Shown here: one piece after another, positions 37,578 to 47,902 of the stretch | How the letters are laid out: each line of letters opens with the position of its first letter | Numbering within the stretch: position 1 is the first letter of the stretch | NCBI GenBank assembly: GCA_050951805.1 | Contig: JBMNJT010000002.1 | Coordinates: 1,152,001-1,216,000, forward strand | Source: Bacillota bacterium | GTDB taxonomy: Bacteria; Bacillota; DTU025 | Direction of reading: 5' to 3' | DNA: 64,000 nucleotides | Translations under genes and position numbers: made by a program | The notes under the pieces: model-generated | What the model was told of the DNA's origin: nothing | The model's input: only the letters and a program-made list of their open reading frames with translations | Databases searched by the model: none

Positions 37578-38180
37578 GATAGGTGGCGCAGTATCCTAGT
37601 CGGTGTTGGCTTTCTCGAAGACGGGGATAAAATACCGTTAAGGGCACATCGATGAAGTCCCTTGTGCTGGCTTTCGACGCCCAGTTGGGGGTTGGTGCAG
37701 GGGGTTAAGGTTGTGGGGCGATCCGCAATGGCATGTGGGCGTTGACCCTGCTTCCGTGGAGACCCAAGTTCGTGGGGTTGAAAAGCTTTACGGCTTGGGG
37801 TGAACCTGCATGTCGGTACTGGCCCTGGTGGGCCCAATGGTGCTGGGTGCAGCGTAGCCTGCCTTGAGTGGATGTGCGGGATGGCGGGTGCCAAGTCATT
37901 GTCTCCCCGGCCAAGGAACATGACCTTTTGCCGCTTGAAAGCCCATCTGCAAAAGAGGATAGAGAATGGCCAGCATTGCCGAGGAAAACTCCTAGGCTGT
38001 TTGCATTGCATGGCGCTCTGGGGATTACGGTGTGATCTAAGTGGCAATCCAGTTGCTCCTTCGGCGACGAGGAGAACCTGTCGTAAAGGGAAACCGCCCG
38101 CCGGCGACGGTAGGGCGCACAGGGGGGAAAACCTGCTGGACCTCAAGTCACAATATTTACTCAGGGCGCTGCCACCTATC
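37578..38180 (+). ncRNA. ole: OLE RNA (ornate, large, extremophilic)
   Basis: About 603 nt with no credible ORF, closed by a perfect 10-bp terminal stem (GATAGGTGGC 37578-87 / GCCACCTATC 38171-80). The segment GATGAAG...GTGCTGGCTTT..ACGCCCAGT.GGGG..GGTGC.GGG.GTTAAGG resembles OLE as I recall it. Canonical location between ispA and oapA-dxs-tlyA-nadK-argR-recN. Confidence 0.93.
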
Positions 38181-38262
38181 GGTTTATTTATTCATCCGAC
38201 TATTTCGGATCCATATTATGCGCATTCAGGCTGAAGCCCATATTTTTTGAGGTGAACATGAC

Positions 38263-38847
38263 TTGCCACGTGATTTTGGGCGAATCATAGCAGTAGGGCT
38301 ATGGACATTCGCTCTATCGGCGGCTTTGAGCTACCTTTCTGGCTCTGCGGCTGGGAACCTCAGCCCCTGGTTTTCGGTCGCTGTTTTGATGGCAATAATT
38401 GCCACTGGGATTCTCTTCGACATTGTGGGGACTGCTGCAGCCGCGGCCAGCGAAGCTCCGATCAACGCTATGGCCGCTAATCGTGTGTACGGAGCAAGTG
38501 AGGCGCTAAGGCTCGTCCGGAACTCTCCGGCAGTTGCTAGTATCTGCAATGACGTTGTCGGCGACATCTGTGGCACTGTGAGCGGAGCGGTCGGCGCTAC
38601 GATCATTCTGCGCATAGCTGCTTCGACCGGGGGATGGCTTGCAGAATCCGCATCTGTGTTGGTCATCGCTCTGATTTCGGCTGTCACAGTTGCAGGCAAG
38701 GCCATTGGCAAGCGTGTAGCGATAGAATCAGCCAACGATGTCGTGTTGTCAGTGGGGCGGATAATTGCGACATACGAAAGGTTTACTGGACGGTCCAAGG
38801 ATGCCAAAGGCAGAAAGCGGAACAATGGAAGAAGTAGCAAGGATTGA
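38263..38847 (+). CDS. oapA: OLE-associated protein A
   Basis: Membrane protein directly after OLE with GILFDIVG, AMAA..V.GA.EA..L.RN, CNDVVGDICGTVSG and TVAGKAIGK. Confidence 0.9.
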   Translation: MPRDFGRIIAVGLWTFALSAALSYLSGSAAGNLSPWFSVAVLMAIIATGILFDIVGTAAAAASEAPINAMAANRVYGASEALRLVRNSPAVASICNDVVGDICGTVSGAVGATIILRIAASTGGWLAESASVLVIALISAVTVAGKAIGKRVAIESANDVVLSVGRIIATYERFTGRSKDAKGRKRNNGRSSKD

Positions 38848-38924
38848 CGGCACGCTGAAGCATCAATGATTATTGCCGATCCTCCCAAATGTGGAGCGGA
38901 CGGTCAAGGGACGGTGGGTTCCCT

Positions 38925-40844
38925 ATGAACAGCATTCTCCAGAGCATCGATTCACCTTCCGACCTGCGAAGGCTCTCAGACAGGGAGATACGGCAGCTTG
39001 CGGAGGAGATTCGGCATTACCTGGTACATACTGTTTCCCGTACCGGCGGGCACTTGGCGCCAAACCTGGGTGTAGTTGAGCTTACGATAGCAATTCACCT
39101 TGCTCTCGATTGTCCTCGCGACAAGGTGATATGGGATGTAGGCCACCAGTCATATGTTCACAAGCTTCTCACCGGAAGGTGTGGGGCTTTTGCCTCTCTG
39201 CGGCAGCAGGGGGGCATAAGTGGTTTCCCGAAACCGTCAGAGAGCGAATACGACGCCTTTGCCACTGGACACTCCAGTACGTCCATATCTGCCGCCCTCG
39301 GCATGGCCTTGGCGCGTGATGCTGCAGGTGAAGACTATACTGTAATGGCGGTGATTGGAGACGGCGCGCTCGGCGGCGGGATGGCTCTTGAAGCGATGAA
39401 TCATGCCGGGCACACCAAGACCGATCTCATAGTCATACTCAATGATAACGAGATGTCCATTTCCCGAAGTGTCGGAGCGCTGGCAGGGGTGTTGGGCTCC
39501 GCTCGAACCCATCCGGGCAGACGACGCTTCAAGTATGGATTTGACCGGTTTGTCATGGGCATACCGGTAATTGGGAAGGCACTCAAAGCAGCTGGATACA
39601 GGTTGAAGAAAAGCGTCAAGAGCTTTGTCCTGCCTGGAATGGTCTTTGAGGAGCTAGGCTTCACTTATCTGGGGCCAATCGATGGACACAATGTAAAGGC
39701 CGTGAGCCGCGCCATAGACGACGCCAAGCGCGCGGGGGGGCCGGTCTTGATACACGTCATAACAAGAAAAGGCAAGGGCTATGCGCCTGCTGAGCAGGAC
39801 CTCGCGAAATTCCATGGCACCGGTCCATTCGTTGTTGAGACCGGAACTCAGATTTCCAGTGACCGGCCCACTTTTACGTCGCACTTCAGCGAATTCATGC
39901 TTCGCGCTGCTGAAGAAGATGACAGGATTGTGGCGATAACGGCTGCCATGGCCGAGGGTACTGGTCTGCGCAGTTTTGCGGAGGCCTATCCCGGGCGCTT
40001 TTACGATGTGGGCATTGCTGAGCAGCACGCGGTCACTTTTGCTGCTGGGCTTGCTACAGCTGGTCTCCGTCCCGTTGTGGCCATATACTCCACCTTTCTT
40101 CAGCGGGCCTATGACCAGATAGTGCACGATGTGGCATTGCAAGGTCTGCCGGTAATTCTTGCTGTTGACCGCGGAGGGATAGTGGGCGAAGACGGCCCCA
40201 CTCATCAAGGCCTGCTTGATGTAGGATATCTGAGGCAGATACCCGGGATGACTGTGATGGCGCCCAAGGATGGTGCGGAGCTGCAGAGTATGTTCGGGAC
40301 TGCTCTGGAACATGATGGGCCATCGGCCATAAGGTATCCTAAGTCGGCTTGCCCGGAGAAGGAGGTCGAGTGGCCTGCAAGGCCTATTCCCATTGGCAAG
40401 GCGGAAGTCATGCGGGATGGCCTGCATTGTGCCATATTCGCCCTTGGGCCCATGGTATGGCCTGCTCTCGAAGCTAGCAGGATTCTGTCGACCCGTGGAG
40501 TAAGTTGTGCAGTGGTGAATCCCAGGTTTGTGAAGCCGATCGATGTTGATACATTGCTGGAATACGCTGGCAGGACGGGAATCATTATCACATGCGAGGA
40601 CTCTTGCCTGGCGGGTGGGTTTGGTTCAGCAGTTTTGGAGTCGCTGTCAGAGGCGGGCGTTTTGGATGTGCATGTTGTGAGGCTTGGAGCGCCAGACGAC
40701 TTCGTGGGCCAGGGAAAACGGGATGATGTCTTGTCTGATCTCGGTTTGGATGCCAAAGGCATAGCTGATGCGGTGATGCAGGCGCTAAGAGGGCGAGAGG
40801 GCGAGAGGGCGGTTGGCGGTGGTTTGTATGTCTCAACAAGCTAA
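38925..40844 (+). CDS. dxs: 1-deoxy-D-xylulose-5-phosphate synthase
   Basis: GGHLAPNLGVVELT, WDVGHQSY, GDGALGGG, NDNEMSI, DVGIAEQH, DGPTHQG, IRYP. Confidence 0.97.
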   Translation: MNSILQSIDSPSDLRRLSDREIRQLAEEIRHYLVHTVSRTGGHLAPNLGVVELTIAIHLALDCPRDKVIWDVGHQSYVHKLLTGRCGAFASLRQQGGISGFPKPSESEYDAFATGHSSTSISAALGMALARDAAGEDYTVMAVIGDGALGGGMALEAMNHAGHTKTDLIVILNDNEMSISRSVGALAGVLGSARTHPGRRRFKYGFDRFVMGIPVIGKALKAAGYRLKKSVKSFVLPGMVFEELGFTYLGPIDGHNVKAVSRAIDDAKRAGGPVLIHVITRKGKGYAPAEQDLAKFHGTGPFVVETGTQISSDRPTFTSHFSEFMLRAAEEDDRIVAITAAMAEGTGLRSFAEAYPGRFYDVGIAEQHAVTFAAGLATAGLRPVVAIYSTFLQRAYDQIVHDVALQGLPVILAVDRGGIVGEDGPTHQGLLDVGYLRQIPGMTVMAPKDGAELQSMFGTALEHDGPSAIRYPKSACPEKEVEWPARPIPIGKAEVMRDGLHCAIFALGPMVWPALEASRILSTRGVSCAVVNPRFVKPIDVDTLLEYAGRTGIIITCEDSCLAGGFGSAVLESLSEAGVLDVHVVRLGAPDDFVGQGKRDDVLSDLGLDAKGIADAVMQALRGREGERAVGGGLYVSTS

Positions 40845-41736
40845 AATCAGACTCGATCAGCTAGTTGTAGAGCGTGGGCTGGCAGCAAGCCGAGAGGCGG
40901 GAAAGCGTGAAATACTAGCCGGAAACGTCTTTGTGGACGGAGTGCGCGAGGACAAGCCGGGGACGATGATTCGGGCTGACGCCAAGATATCCCTGGAACG
41001 GCGTGGCCCGCGGTACGCGAGTCGGGGCGGAGAGAAGCTGGCGCACGCGCTGAAAACTTTCGCTATCGATGTAAATGGCCGCGTTGCCATAGATATAGGC
41101 GCCTCTACGGGCGGATTTACCGACGTGCTCTTGAAAGCGGGGGCGTCGCGAGTTTACTGTGTGGATGTGGGCTATGGGCAACTTGCCTGGAGCCTGAGAC
41201 AGGACCCGCGCGTGGAAGTCTTTGATCGAACGAACGCGCGCTACATAACGCCTGATATGTTCGATCCGCGCCCCTGTTTTGCCTCTGTAGACGTGTCCTT
41301 CATATCTTTGTCCAAAATACTGCCCGCCTTGTATGCGGTGCTGCAAGGACGGGCCGAGGCTGTGTGCTTGGTGAAGCCCCAGTTCGAGGCGGGGCGCCGC
41401 AACGTCGGCAAGCGAGGCGTAGTTCGTGACCCTGCGGTGCATGCTGAAGTTCTTCGGGCGGTTTATGGGCATGCACGTGATGCAGGTTTTGAGGTGTTGG
41501 AGTACACGTGGTCTCCTATTACTGGACCTGAGGGAAACATCGAGTTTTTGGTCCATCTGCGCAAACAAGACGCAAACACGCAGCGGATCTGCAGTTGTCC
41601 CCACGCAGGCGCCGACGCACCGACTTCTTGCAGTCTCGATGGGGAATTGTGCGGAATAGCCGAAGCTCAGCTCGATAGGGCAATCAAATCAACTGTTCAG
41701 CAGGCGCACGTGGCCCACGACCGAAGCGGCGACTAG
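40828..41736 (+). CDS. tlyA: TlyA family rRNA methyltransferase
   Basis: S4 domain RLD..., YASRGGEKL, DIGASTGGFTD, DVSFISL, VKPQFE, SPITGPEGNIEF. Confidence 0.96.
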   Translation: MSQQAKIRLDQLVVERGLAASREAGKREILAGNVFVDGVREDKPGTMIRADAKISLERRGPRYASRGGEKLAHALKTFAIDVNGRVAIDIGASTGGFTDVLLKAGASRVYCVDVGYGQLAWSLRQDPRVEVFDRTNARYITPDMFDPRPCFASVDVSFISLSKILPALYAVLQGRAEAVCLVKPQFEAGRRNVGKRGVVRDPAVHAEVLRAVYGHARDAGFEVLEYTWSPITGPEGNIEFLVHLRKQDANTQRICSCPHAGADAPTSCSLDGELCGIAEAQLDRAIKSTVQQAHVAHDRSGD

Positions 41737-41796
41737 CCCCAACAGCAACGTGTCCGCGCGGTCATTGGCTGTAGATAGGGCTTCGGGTCTGGACTG

Positions 41797-42636
41797 ATGA
41801 AAGGGGGGGGTCTTACGAAAAGGGCGGGAATCGTAGTGCACGCGGCAAAACCGGAGGCAAGAAGGCTGGCTGGCCACGTAGAGGAGTGGATGCGTGGGGC
41901 AGGGGTCGACGTGGTCATCGACGATTGTCTGGATCGACCGCTTCCGGAAGATATCGATTGCGCTATTGTCCTTGGAGGAGATGGAACCCTTCTCTCTGCT
42001 GCTAGGCGGGCTGCAACCAGGGGAATTCCGATTTTAGGGGTTAATCTGGGGAACCTTGGTTTTCTCACGGAGGTGGAACCATCGCAGCTCGAACCGGCCC
42101 TTCGAGCTCTTGTTGATGGAAACTACACCGTCGAAGAGCGAACAATGGTTGAGGCTGTCGTTTTCCGCAATGGACAGGCTGTCAAGACTCTTTGCGGCCT
42201 TAACGACGTGGTCATTACCAAGGGGGCTTTTGCCAGAATAGTTCAGCTTGGGGTATTCGTGAATGATGCATATTTCGCCACCTTCCCCGCGGACGGGGTT
42301 ATCATATCGAGCCCTACAGGATCCACTGCCTACTCACTATCGGCAGGCGGACCTCTGATCAATCCCAACATCGATGTTCTTCTCATCACTCCAATCTGTC
42401 CGCACAGCCTTTTCTCGCGTTCTCTTGTGATTGCAGGGAGCGATAAGGTGCGGGTTTTGGTGGAGACGGCCCATGAAGACGTGGCGGTTACCGTCGACGG
42501 TCAGATCGGGTTCGAACTCCAGTCAATGGACGAAATAGTGGTTGGCAGGGCTCCGTACGTGACGAGGTTTGTCAGGCTTGAGACCAGGAATTTTTACGGG
42601 ATACTGAGGGAAAGGCTCAAGCGGGACCGCTTGTAA
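41797..42636 (+). CDS. nadK: NAD kinase
   Basis: LGGDGTLL, GVNLGNLGFL, LND, DGVIISSPTGSTAYSLSAGGP. Confidence 0.96.
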   Translation: MKGGGLTKRAGIVVHAAKPEARRLAGHVEEWMRGAGVDVVIDDCLDRPLPEDIDCAIVLGGDGTLLSAARRAATRGIPILGVNLGNLGFLTEVEPSQLEPALRALVDGNYTVEERTMVEAVVFRNGQAVKTLCGLNDVVITKGAFARIVQLGVFVNDAYFATFPADGVIISSPTGSTAYSLSAGGPLINPNIDVLLITPICPHSLFSRSLVIAGSDKVRVLVETAHEDVAVTVDGQIGFELQSMDEIVVGRAPYVTRFVRLETRNFYGILRERLKRDRL

Positions 42637-42679
42637 TGGCGGGCCGCAGAGGAAAAGGCATGTGCGGGAGGCGTCGGAG

Positions 42680-43129
42680 GTGAAAGCAAGAAGACACCAG
42701 AGGATTCTGGATATTGTCAGATCGCAAACGATAAAGACTCAGGAGGAATTGGCTGAGGAACTTGCGCGAGAGGGTATTACTGTTACGCAGGCCACAATCT
42801 CACGCGACATAAAAGAACTCCGGCTGATAAAAGCGCCTGTGGGCGACGGCACTTATCGGTACACGATCCCGACCGATCGCAGCATAGAAGATATAAACAG
42901 GCGGGTAGAACGCATCTTCCGCGAAGTTATAATAAGCATTGAAGACAGCGAAAACATTATAGTCATAAAAACATTGGAAGGCGCTGCTCAGGCGGTTGCC
43001 GCGGTCCTGGATGACCTGGCATGGCGAGAAATAGTAGGGTCTTTGGCGGGCGACGACACAATATTGCTCATTATCAAACCGGTTCAGTCCGTGCCCGATG
43101 TGATGTCCCGGCTGAACAAGTTCCGATAA
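42680..43129 (+). CDS. argR: Arginine repressor
   Basis: KARRHQRI, TQEEL, TQATISRDIKEL, GSLAGDDT. Confidence 0.96.
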   Translation: MKARRHQRILDIVRSQTIKTQEELAEELAREGITVTQATISRDIKELRLIKAPVGDGTYRYTIPTDRSIEDINRRVERIFREVIISIEDSENIIVIKTLEGAAQAVAAVLDDLAWREIVGSLAGDDTILLIIKPVQSVPDVMSRLNKFR

Positions 43130-43190
43130 TAGGGCAGGCCGGTTGTGTGAGCAGGCTGTTGCTGGTCGCCGCGTCTTTGGGGGCAAGGCG

Positions 43191-44910
43191 ATGCTTTCGG
43201 AAATAGATGTGCGGAACTACGCGCTTATAGAACGGCTGTCACTGAGATTCGGAAATGGATTCAATGTTCTCACAGGGGAGACCGGCGCCGGAAAATCGCT
43301 GGTTATAGACTGTGTGGGCCTTGTTATTGGTGGAAGGGCTTCCTCTGAATCTGTCCGTGCCGGCTGCGATTCTGCTGTGGTGGAGGCTGTTTTCAATATA
43401 TCGGATGTGCCCGATGTGGAAGCGCTCCTGCTCGAACAGGGCATAGATCCTGAGCCTGATGGGACGCTCATCGTGACTCGGGAAGTTTCTAGGCAGGGGC
43501 GTTCACGTTGCAGGCTGAATGGCCGCATTGTGACCTTGACCGCGCTGTCGGCCATAGGCGAGCGCTTGGTCGACATATATGGGCAACATGAATACCAATC
43601 TCTCGCCAGACCATCCCGGCATATCGGCCTGCTCGACGCCTTTGGCGGAGCCCGGTTGGAGCAGGTTCGGGATTCAGTCCGCCAGCTTTATGAAGAATGG
43701 CGCGGATGCGAGGAGGAATTGGCCGAGCTGCGCCAGCATGCTCGGGAGCGCGCACAGCGCGCCGATCTTCTCGCCTTTCAAGTCAATGAAATAGAATCTG
43801 CCAATCTCGAGCCCGGCGAGGATGTTCACCTCGTCGCGGAGCAGACAGTACTAGCCAACGCTGAAAGCCTTTACGACGCCGTCGTTCGCGCTTACAGCCT
43901 CATCTATGAATCCTCTTATCCTGATATCGCATCAGCCCGCGACATGTTGGGCGAGGCTCTCGAGGAACTGGACAATGCGTCTCGAATCGACGGGACATTG
44001 ACTTCTCTTGCCGAGAGCTTGTCTGCATTGTGCGACCACACCACAGAGATATCCCGCGCCCTCAGGGAATACCGCGACTCAATCGAATTCGACCCGGAAA
44101 GACTTGCCGAGGTGGAAGAGAGGCTTTCCGCAATTTCGAGGTTGAAACGGAAGTACGGCGATTCGCTGGCAGATGTTATAGACCACGGGCAACTTGCCCG
44201 TGAGGAGCTGGAGTCCATGACAGGAGCAGGGCGTCGCGTGGACGAGCTGGAAGGTCGTTCAGCGGCCCTCTCGGAGGAGTTGGGCAACTGCGCCTCCAAG
44301 CTCTCTGCGATGAGATGCGAAATAGCGGCCGAGCTTGAGAAGGAGGTCTCCAGGGAGCTGCGGGACCTGTCCATGCCCCATGCAGTCTTTAAAGTTGATG
44401 TAGACAGGAAAAAGGGATGGACACGAGATAGTTGTGGATGGCACGCCCGTTGTAATCGGTCCTGACGGCTTTGACAATGTGGAATTTCTGTTTTCAGCTA
44501 ACCCGGGAGAGGAACCGAGGCCTCTTGCGCGTATAGCCAGCGGAGGAGAGATGTCCCGGGTTATGTTGGCGATCAAGTCTGTGCTAGCTGTAGCGGATGC
44601 TATGCCGACCATGGTCTTCGACGAAGTGGATGCGGGAATCGGGGGCGAGGCGGCGATAGCTGTCGCGTCAAAGCTTGCGAATATAGGCAAAGTTCGGCAG
44701 GTGCTTGCGGTAACCCATTTGCCGCAAATTGCCGCGGTGGCCGACAATCATTACGCTGTTTCCAAGCTGGAAAGGAGTGGGAGGACGGAGGTGACAGTGG
44801 AAAAGCTCGATATCGAGGAGAGGGTGACGGAGGTAGCGAGGATGCTGGCTGGCGAGGCTCCATCATCTGTGACCGTGGCACATGCCCGGGAGATGCTTTC
44901 TCGGCGCTAG
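43191..44910 (+). pseudogene. recN: DNA repair protein RecN split by a +1 frameshift at an A5G3 run (44409-44416)
   Basis: The N part has LTGETGAGKS and DIYGQHE. The C part has FSANPGEEPRPLARIASGGEMSR, FDEVDAGIGG and VTHLPQIAA. Deleting one A gives a continuous DRKRDGHEIVVDG. Confidence 0.9.
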
Positions 44911-44982
44911 GGATGAAGGAGTTGGCATGCCTATGTTGAAGAATTGCGAAAGAAAGCATTTTGTGTCAGGAGGAGGGAGGGC

Positions 44983-45330
44983 TTGGGCCGCTTCACAGGT
45001 GGCCTACGGCCGAGCAAGGTGAGATTGAAGGACCATCCCATACTGGACTTTTCTGCCGGACAGGAGGTTGCATTTACTTTCGACGGGAAAAAGTTAAAAG
45101 GGATTGATGGGGAGCCAATAGCTGCCGCTCTCCATGCCAATGGTGTTCGTGTCCTCCGACACAGTCCAGTTAGTGGACGTGCACGGGGGTTTTTCTGTGC
45201 TATAGGCAATTGCTCGTCATGCTTGATGACTGTAGATGGCGTGCCGAACGTGCGTGTGTGCACAGAACCGCTGAGAGAGGGAATGGTAGTCGAAACTCAG
45301 AAAGGCCACGGCCAGCTGCCCATCGACTGA
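44983..45330 (+). CDS. 2Fe-2S subunit (Fer2_4) of a sarcosine oxidase/proline dehydrogenase-like complex
   Basis: HPIL, GEPIAAAL.ANG, RGFFCAIGNCSSCLMTVDGVPNVRVC. Confidence 0.88.
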   Translation: MGRFTGGLRPSKVRLKDHPILDFSAGQEVAFTFDGKKLKGIDGEPIAAALHANGVRVLRHSPVSGRARGFFCAIGNCSSCLMTVDGVPNVRVCTEPLREGMVVETQKGHGQLPID

Positions 45331-45352
45331 GGCGGGCCGAGCAGCAAGGACG

Positions 45353-46456
45353 GTGAACCTGTTGAAGGAAGTTGACATTGCTGTGATTGGCGCAGGCCCA
45401 GCGGGGCTTGCAGCTGCACTGGCGTGCGCCGAAGCGGGTGCGTCTACTCTGCTCATTGACGCAAATGATGTCCCAGGGGGTCAGCTTGTAAAGCAGACTC
45501 ATAAGTTCTTTGGATCAGAACGGCAGCACGCTGGAACAAGGGGGATTCAGATTCCGGAGCTTTTCGCAAAGAAGCTCGTGGAACATCCCAATGTAGAGAC
45601 TATGTGGGATACGACCGCATCGGGCTATTATGATTCCGGAGAGCTCGTGGTGGAGGATGGAAAGAGATTCATTAAGATTCTGCCAAAGCGCTTGATAGTG
45701 TCGACAGGCGCTTCCGAGAGATTCGTCCTTTTCGAGAACAATGACTTGCCCGGAGTGTACGGCGCCGGCGCGGTTCAGACTCTGATGAACGTTTATGGAG
45801 TCGTTCCCGGCGACCGGGTGTTGATGGTGGGTTCGGGCAATATCGGACTTATCGTCAGCTATCAGCTTATCCAGGCTGGTGTGGACGTGGCGGCCGTGAT
45901 CGAGGCCGCGCCGTGCATAGGAGGCTACCTAGTTCACGCGGCGAAGTTGCGCAGAGCTGGAGTGCCAATACTTACTTCCCACACCATTGTGGCAGCTCAC
46001 GGCGAAGAGTGTGTGACAGGCGCCACTATTGCGAAGGTAGACGAAAAATGGCAAGCAATTCCAGGCACTGAGTGCGAGATAGAATGCGATGTGATATGCC
46101 TAGCCGTGGGGCTGATGCCCTTGGTTGATATCCTGTGGCAGGCAGGGTGCGAGATGAAGTACGCGCCGGAGTTGGGCGGACACGTGCCTGTTCGCGACGA
46201 TAACATGCGCACTTCAAATCCTAATGTATATGTTGCAGGCGATTCGGGAGGAGTCGAAGAGGCCAGTTCGGCGATGATAACCGGCGAGATAGCCGGCATA
46301 AGCGCGGCTGAATCCCTCGGACTTAAGGCGCCGGAAGCAGACGCGAGGCTCGCACAACTCAAGGCGGATCTTGCAGCCATCAGATCGGGACCGGCTGGCG
46401 AAAAGATCTGTGCCGGAGTATGTCGTGCGACGGTGTGCGGAGGTGTTTGGGAATGA
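45353..46456 (+). CDS. NAD(P)/FAD-dependent oxidoreductase, alpha-like subunit
   Basis: IGAGPAG, GGQLVKQTHKFFG, NNDLPGVYGAGAVQTLMN, VYVAGD. Confidence 0.88.
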   Translation: MNLLKEVDIAVIGAGPAGLAAALACAEAGASTLLIDANDVPGGQLVKQTHKFFGSERQHAGTRGIQIPELFAKKLVEHPNVETMWDTTASGYYDSGELVVEDGKRFIKILPKRLIVSTGASERFVLFENNDLPGVYGAGAVQTLMNVYGVVPGDRVLMVGSGNIGLIVSYQLIQAGVDVAAVIEAAPCIGGYLVHAAKLRRAGVPILTSHTIVAAHGEECVTGATIAKVDEKWQAIPGTECEIECDVICLAVGLMPLVDILWQAGCEMKYAPELGGHVPVRDDNMRTSNPNVYVAGDSGGVEEASSAMITGEIAGISAAESLGLKAPEADARLAQLKADLAAIRSGPAGEKICAGVCRATVCGGVWE

Positions 46457-46749
46457 CCGACCGACCGGAACGGATAGATGACGACGTGATAGTATGCAGG
46501 TGCGAGGACGTTACCTTGGGCGATATTCGTCGTCTGATAGCAAATGGTTATCACACAATAGATGAGATCAAGCGCATTTCCCGCGCAGGCATGGGCCAAT
46601 GCCAGGGCAGAACGTGCAGGCATCTTATTGCGCGAGAGCTTGCTGCGGCCCTTGGCGTGTCAGTGGAGGAAGTGGAGATGCCGACTTTCAGGCCGCCTAC
46701 GAGGCCTGTGTTACTATCCACAATTGCAAGGGGCGAAGGCGATGAGTAA
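46453..46749 (+). CDS. BFD-like 2Fe-2S subunit
   Basis: VCRCEDVT, KR..RAGMGQCQGRTC, RPP. Confidence 0.88.
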   Translation: MTDRPERIDDDVIVCRCEDVTLGDIRRLIANGYHTIDEIKRISRAGMGQCQGRTCRHLIARELAAALGVSVEEVEMPTFRPPTRPVLLSTIARGEGDE

Positions 46750-47896
46750 AAAGAGCGCTGATATCGTCGTAATAGGCGGCGGGGTGGTCGGGTGCGCAAC
46801 AGCCTTTGAGCTCGCTCGCTTGGGTTGCAAAGACATAGTGCTTGTAGAGCGGAACACGATTGCTTCAGGGTCAACAGGGAGATGCGGCGCGGGTGTAAGG
46901 CAGCAGTTTGGGACGGAACTCAACTGCGTGCTGGCTCGCGAGTCTGTCAGGATCTTCGAACAGATGGACGAGTATCTCGATTACAAGCCAGGTGTTGAGT
47001 TCAGGCAGAGCGGCTATTTGATGCTCGCTTATTCGGATTCCCAGTGGGAGCAGTTCAGACGCAATGTAAAACTCGAGCGTAGCTTGGACATTGACGTGGA
47101 GATGCTCACGCCTGAAGGCGCGAGGGAGATAGTTCCTTTCCTTAACCTTGAGGGTATGGTCGGAGCTACGTTCTGCCAGACGGACGGGCACGCCAATCCG
47201 TTCCATACAGCGTTCGCATATGCGCAGGCTGCAAAGAGGCTCGGTGCAGAGGTTCTTACTCACACTTCTGTGGTCGACATAGAGGTGGAAAACAACCGCA
47301 TAAAGGCGGTTGTGACCGATAAAGGGAGGATCGAAACGTCAGCAGTTGTCAACTGCGCTGGGGCATATTCTGCTAAGATAGCCGCAATGGCAGGCATCGA
47401 TTTGCCGGTATGGGGCGAGCGGCATCAGATCCTAATAACGGAGCCGGTTGAGGCTATGATGGGACCGATGGTCATCTCTTTCCACCATGATTTCTACTGT
47501 CAGCAGACACCCCACGGAAGTTTCATCATGGGAATAGGCATGCCGGGGGAGCCTAAGAGCTTCAACATACACTCATCCGTGGATTTTCTCGAAGGGATGG
47601 CAAAGACTGTAATGAAGATCCTGCCCCCCCTAGGCAACCTCAGGGTTGTCCGCCAGTGGGCGGGCCTTTATGACAGGTCTCCAGATGCTCAACCGATATT
47701 GGGCGAGTGTCCGCCTGTGGAGCGTTTTTACAATGCCAATGGTTTTTCGGGGCACGGTTTCATGGTTGCGCCCATCGTTGGGCGGGCTATGGCAGAGCTT
47801 ATCATGCTCGGCAAACCTTCTGTCGATATAAGCAAATTAGATGCTGGAAGATTTGAACGAGGCGAACTCGTTTTGGAACCGGCGGTAGTCGGATAA
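46742..47896 (+). CDS. FAD-dependent amino-acid oxidoreductase (DAO/SoxB-like beta subunit)
   Basis: IGGGVVG, GSTGRCGAGVRQQF, RQWAGLYD.SPD.QPILG, GFSGHGFM. Confidence 0.9.
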   Translation: MSKKSADIVVIGGGVVGCATAFELARLGCKDIVLVERNTIASGSTGRCGAGVRQQFGTELNCVLARESVRIFEQMDEYLDYKPGVEFRQSGYLMLAYSDSQWEQFRRNVKLERSLDIDVEMLTPEGAREIVPFLNLEGMVGATFCQTDGHANPFHTAFAYAQAAKRLGAEVLTHTSVVDIEVENNRIKAVVTDKGRIETSAVVNCAGAYSAKIAAMAGIDLPVWGERHQILITEPVEAMMGPMVISFHHDFYCQQTPHGSFIMGIGMPGEPKSFNIHSSVDFLEGMAKTVMKILPPLGNLRVVRQWAGLYDRSPDAQPILGECPPVERFYNANGFSGHGFMVAPIVGRAMAELIMLGKPSVDISKLDAGRFERGELVLEPAVVG

Positions 47897-47902
47897 ACCT
47901 AG

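Noticed and set aside
37391-38250. ORFs of 251, 144 and 69 aa in the DUF212-oapA gap
   Set aside because: They lack protein-like composition and RBSs, and they overlap the OLE RNA.
41803-41810. G8 tract at the start of nadK as a phase-variation switch
   Set aside because: The gene is in frame and housekeeping. G-rich runs are common near starts in this genome.
44983-47896. Hydrogen cyanide synthase (hcnABC) call
   Set aside because: The domain families are shared, but the sequence alone does not distinguish the substrate. The four-gene layout fits proline dehydrogenase/sarcosine oxidase-like complexes at least as well.
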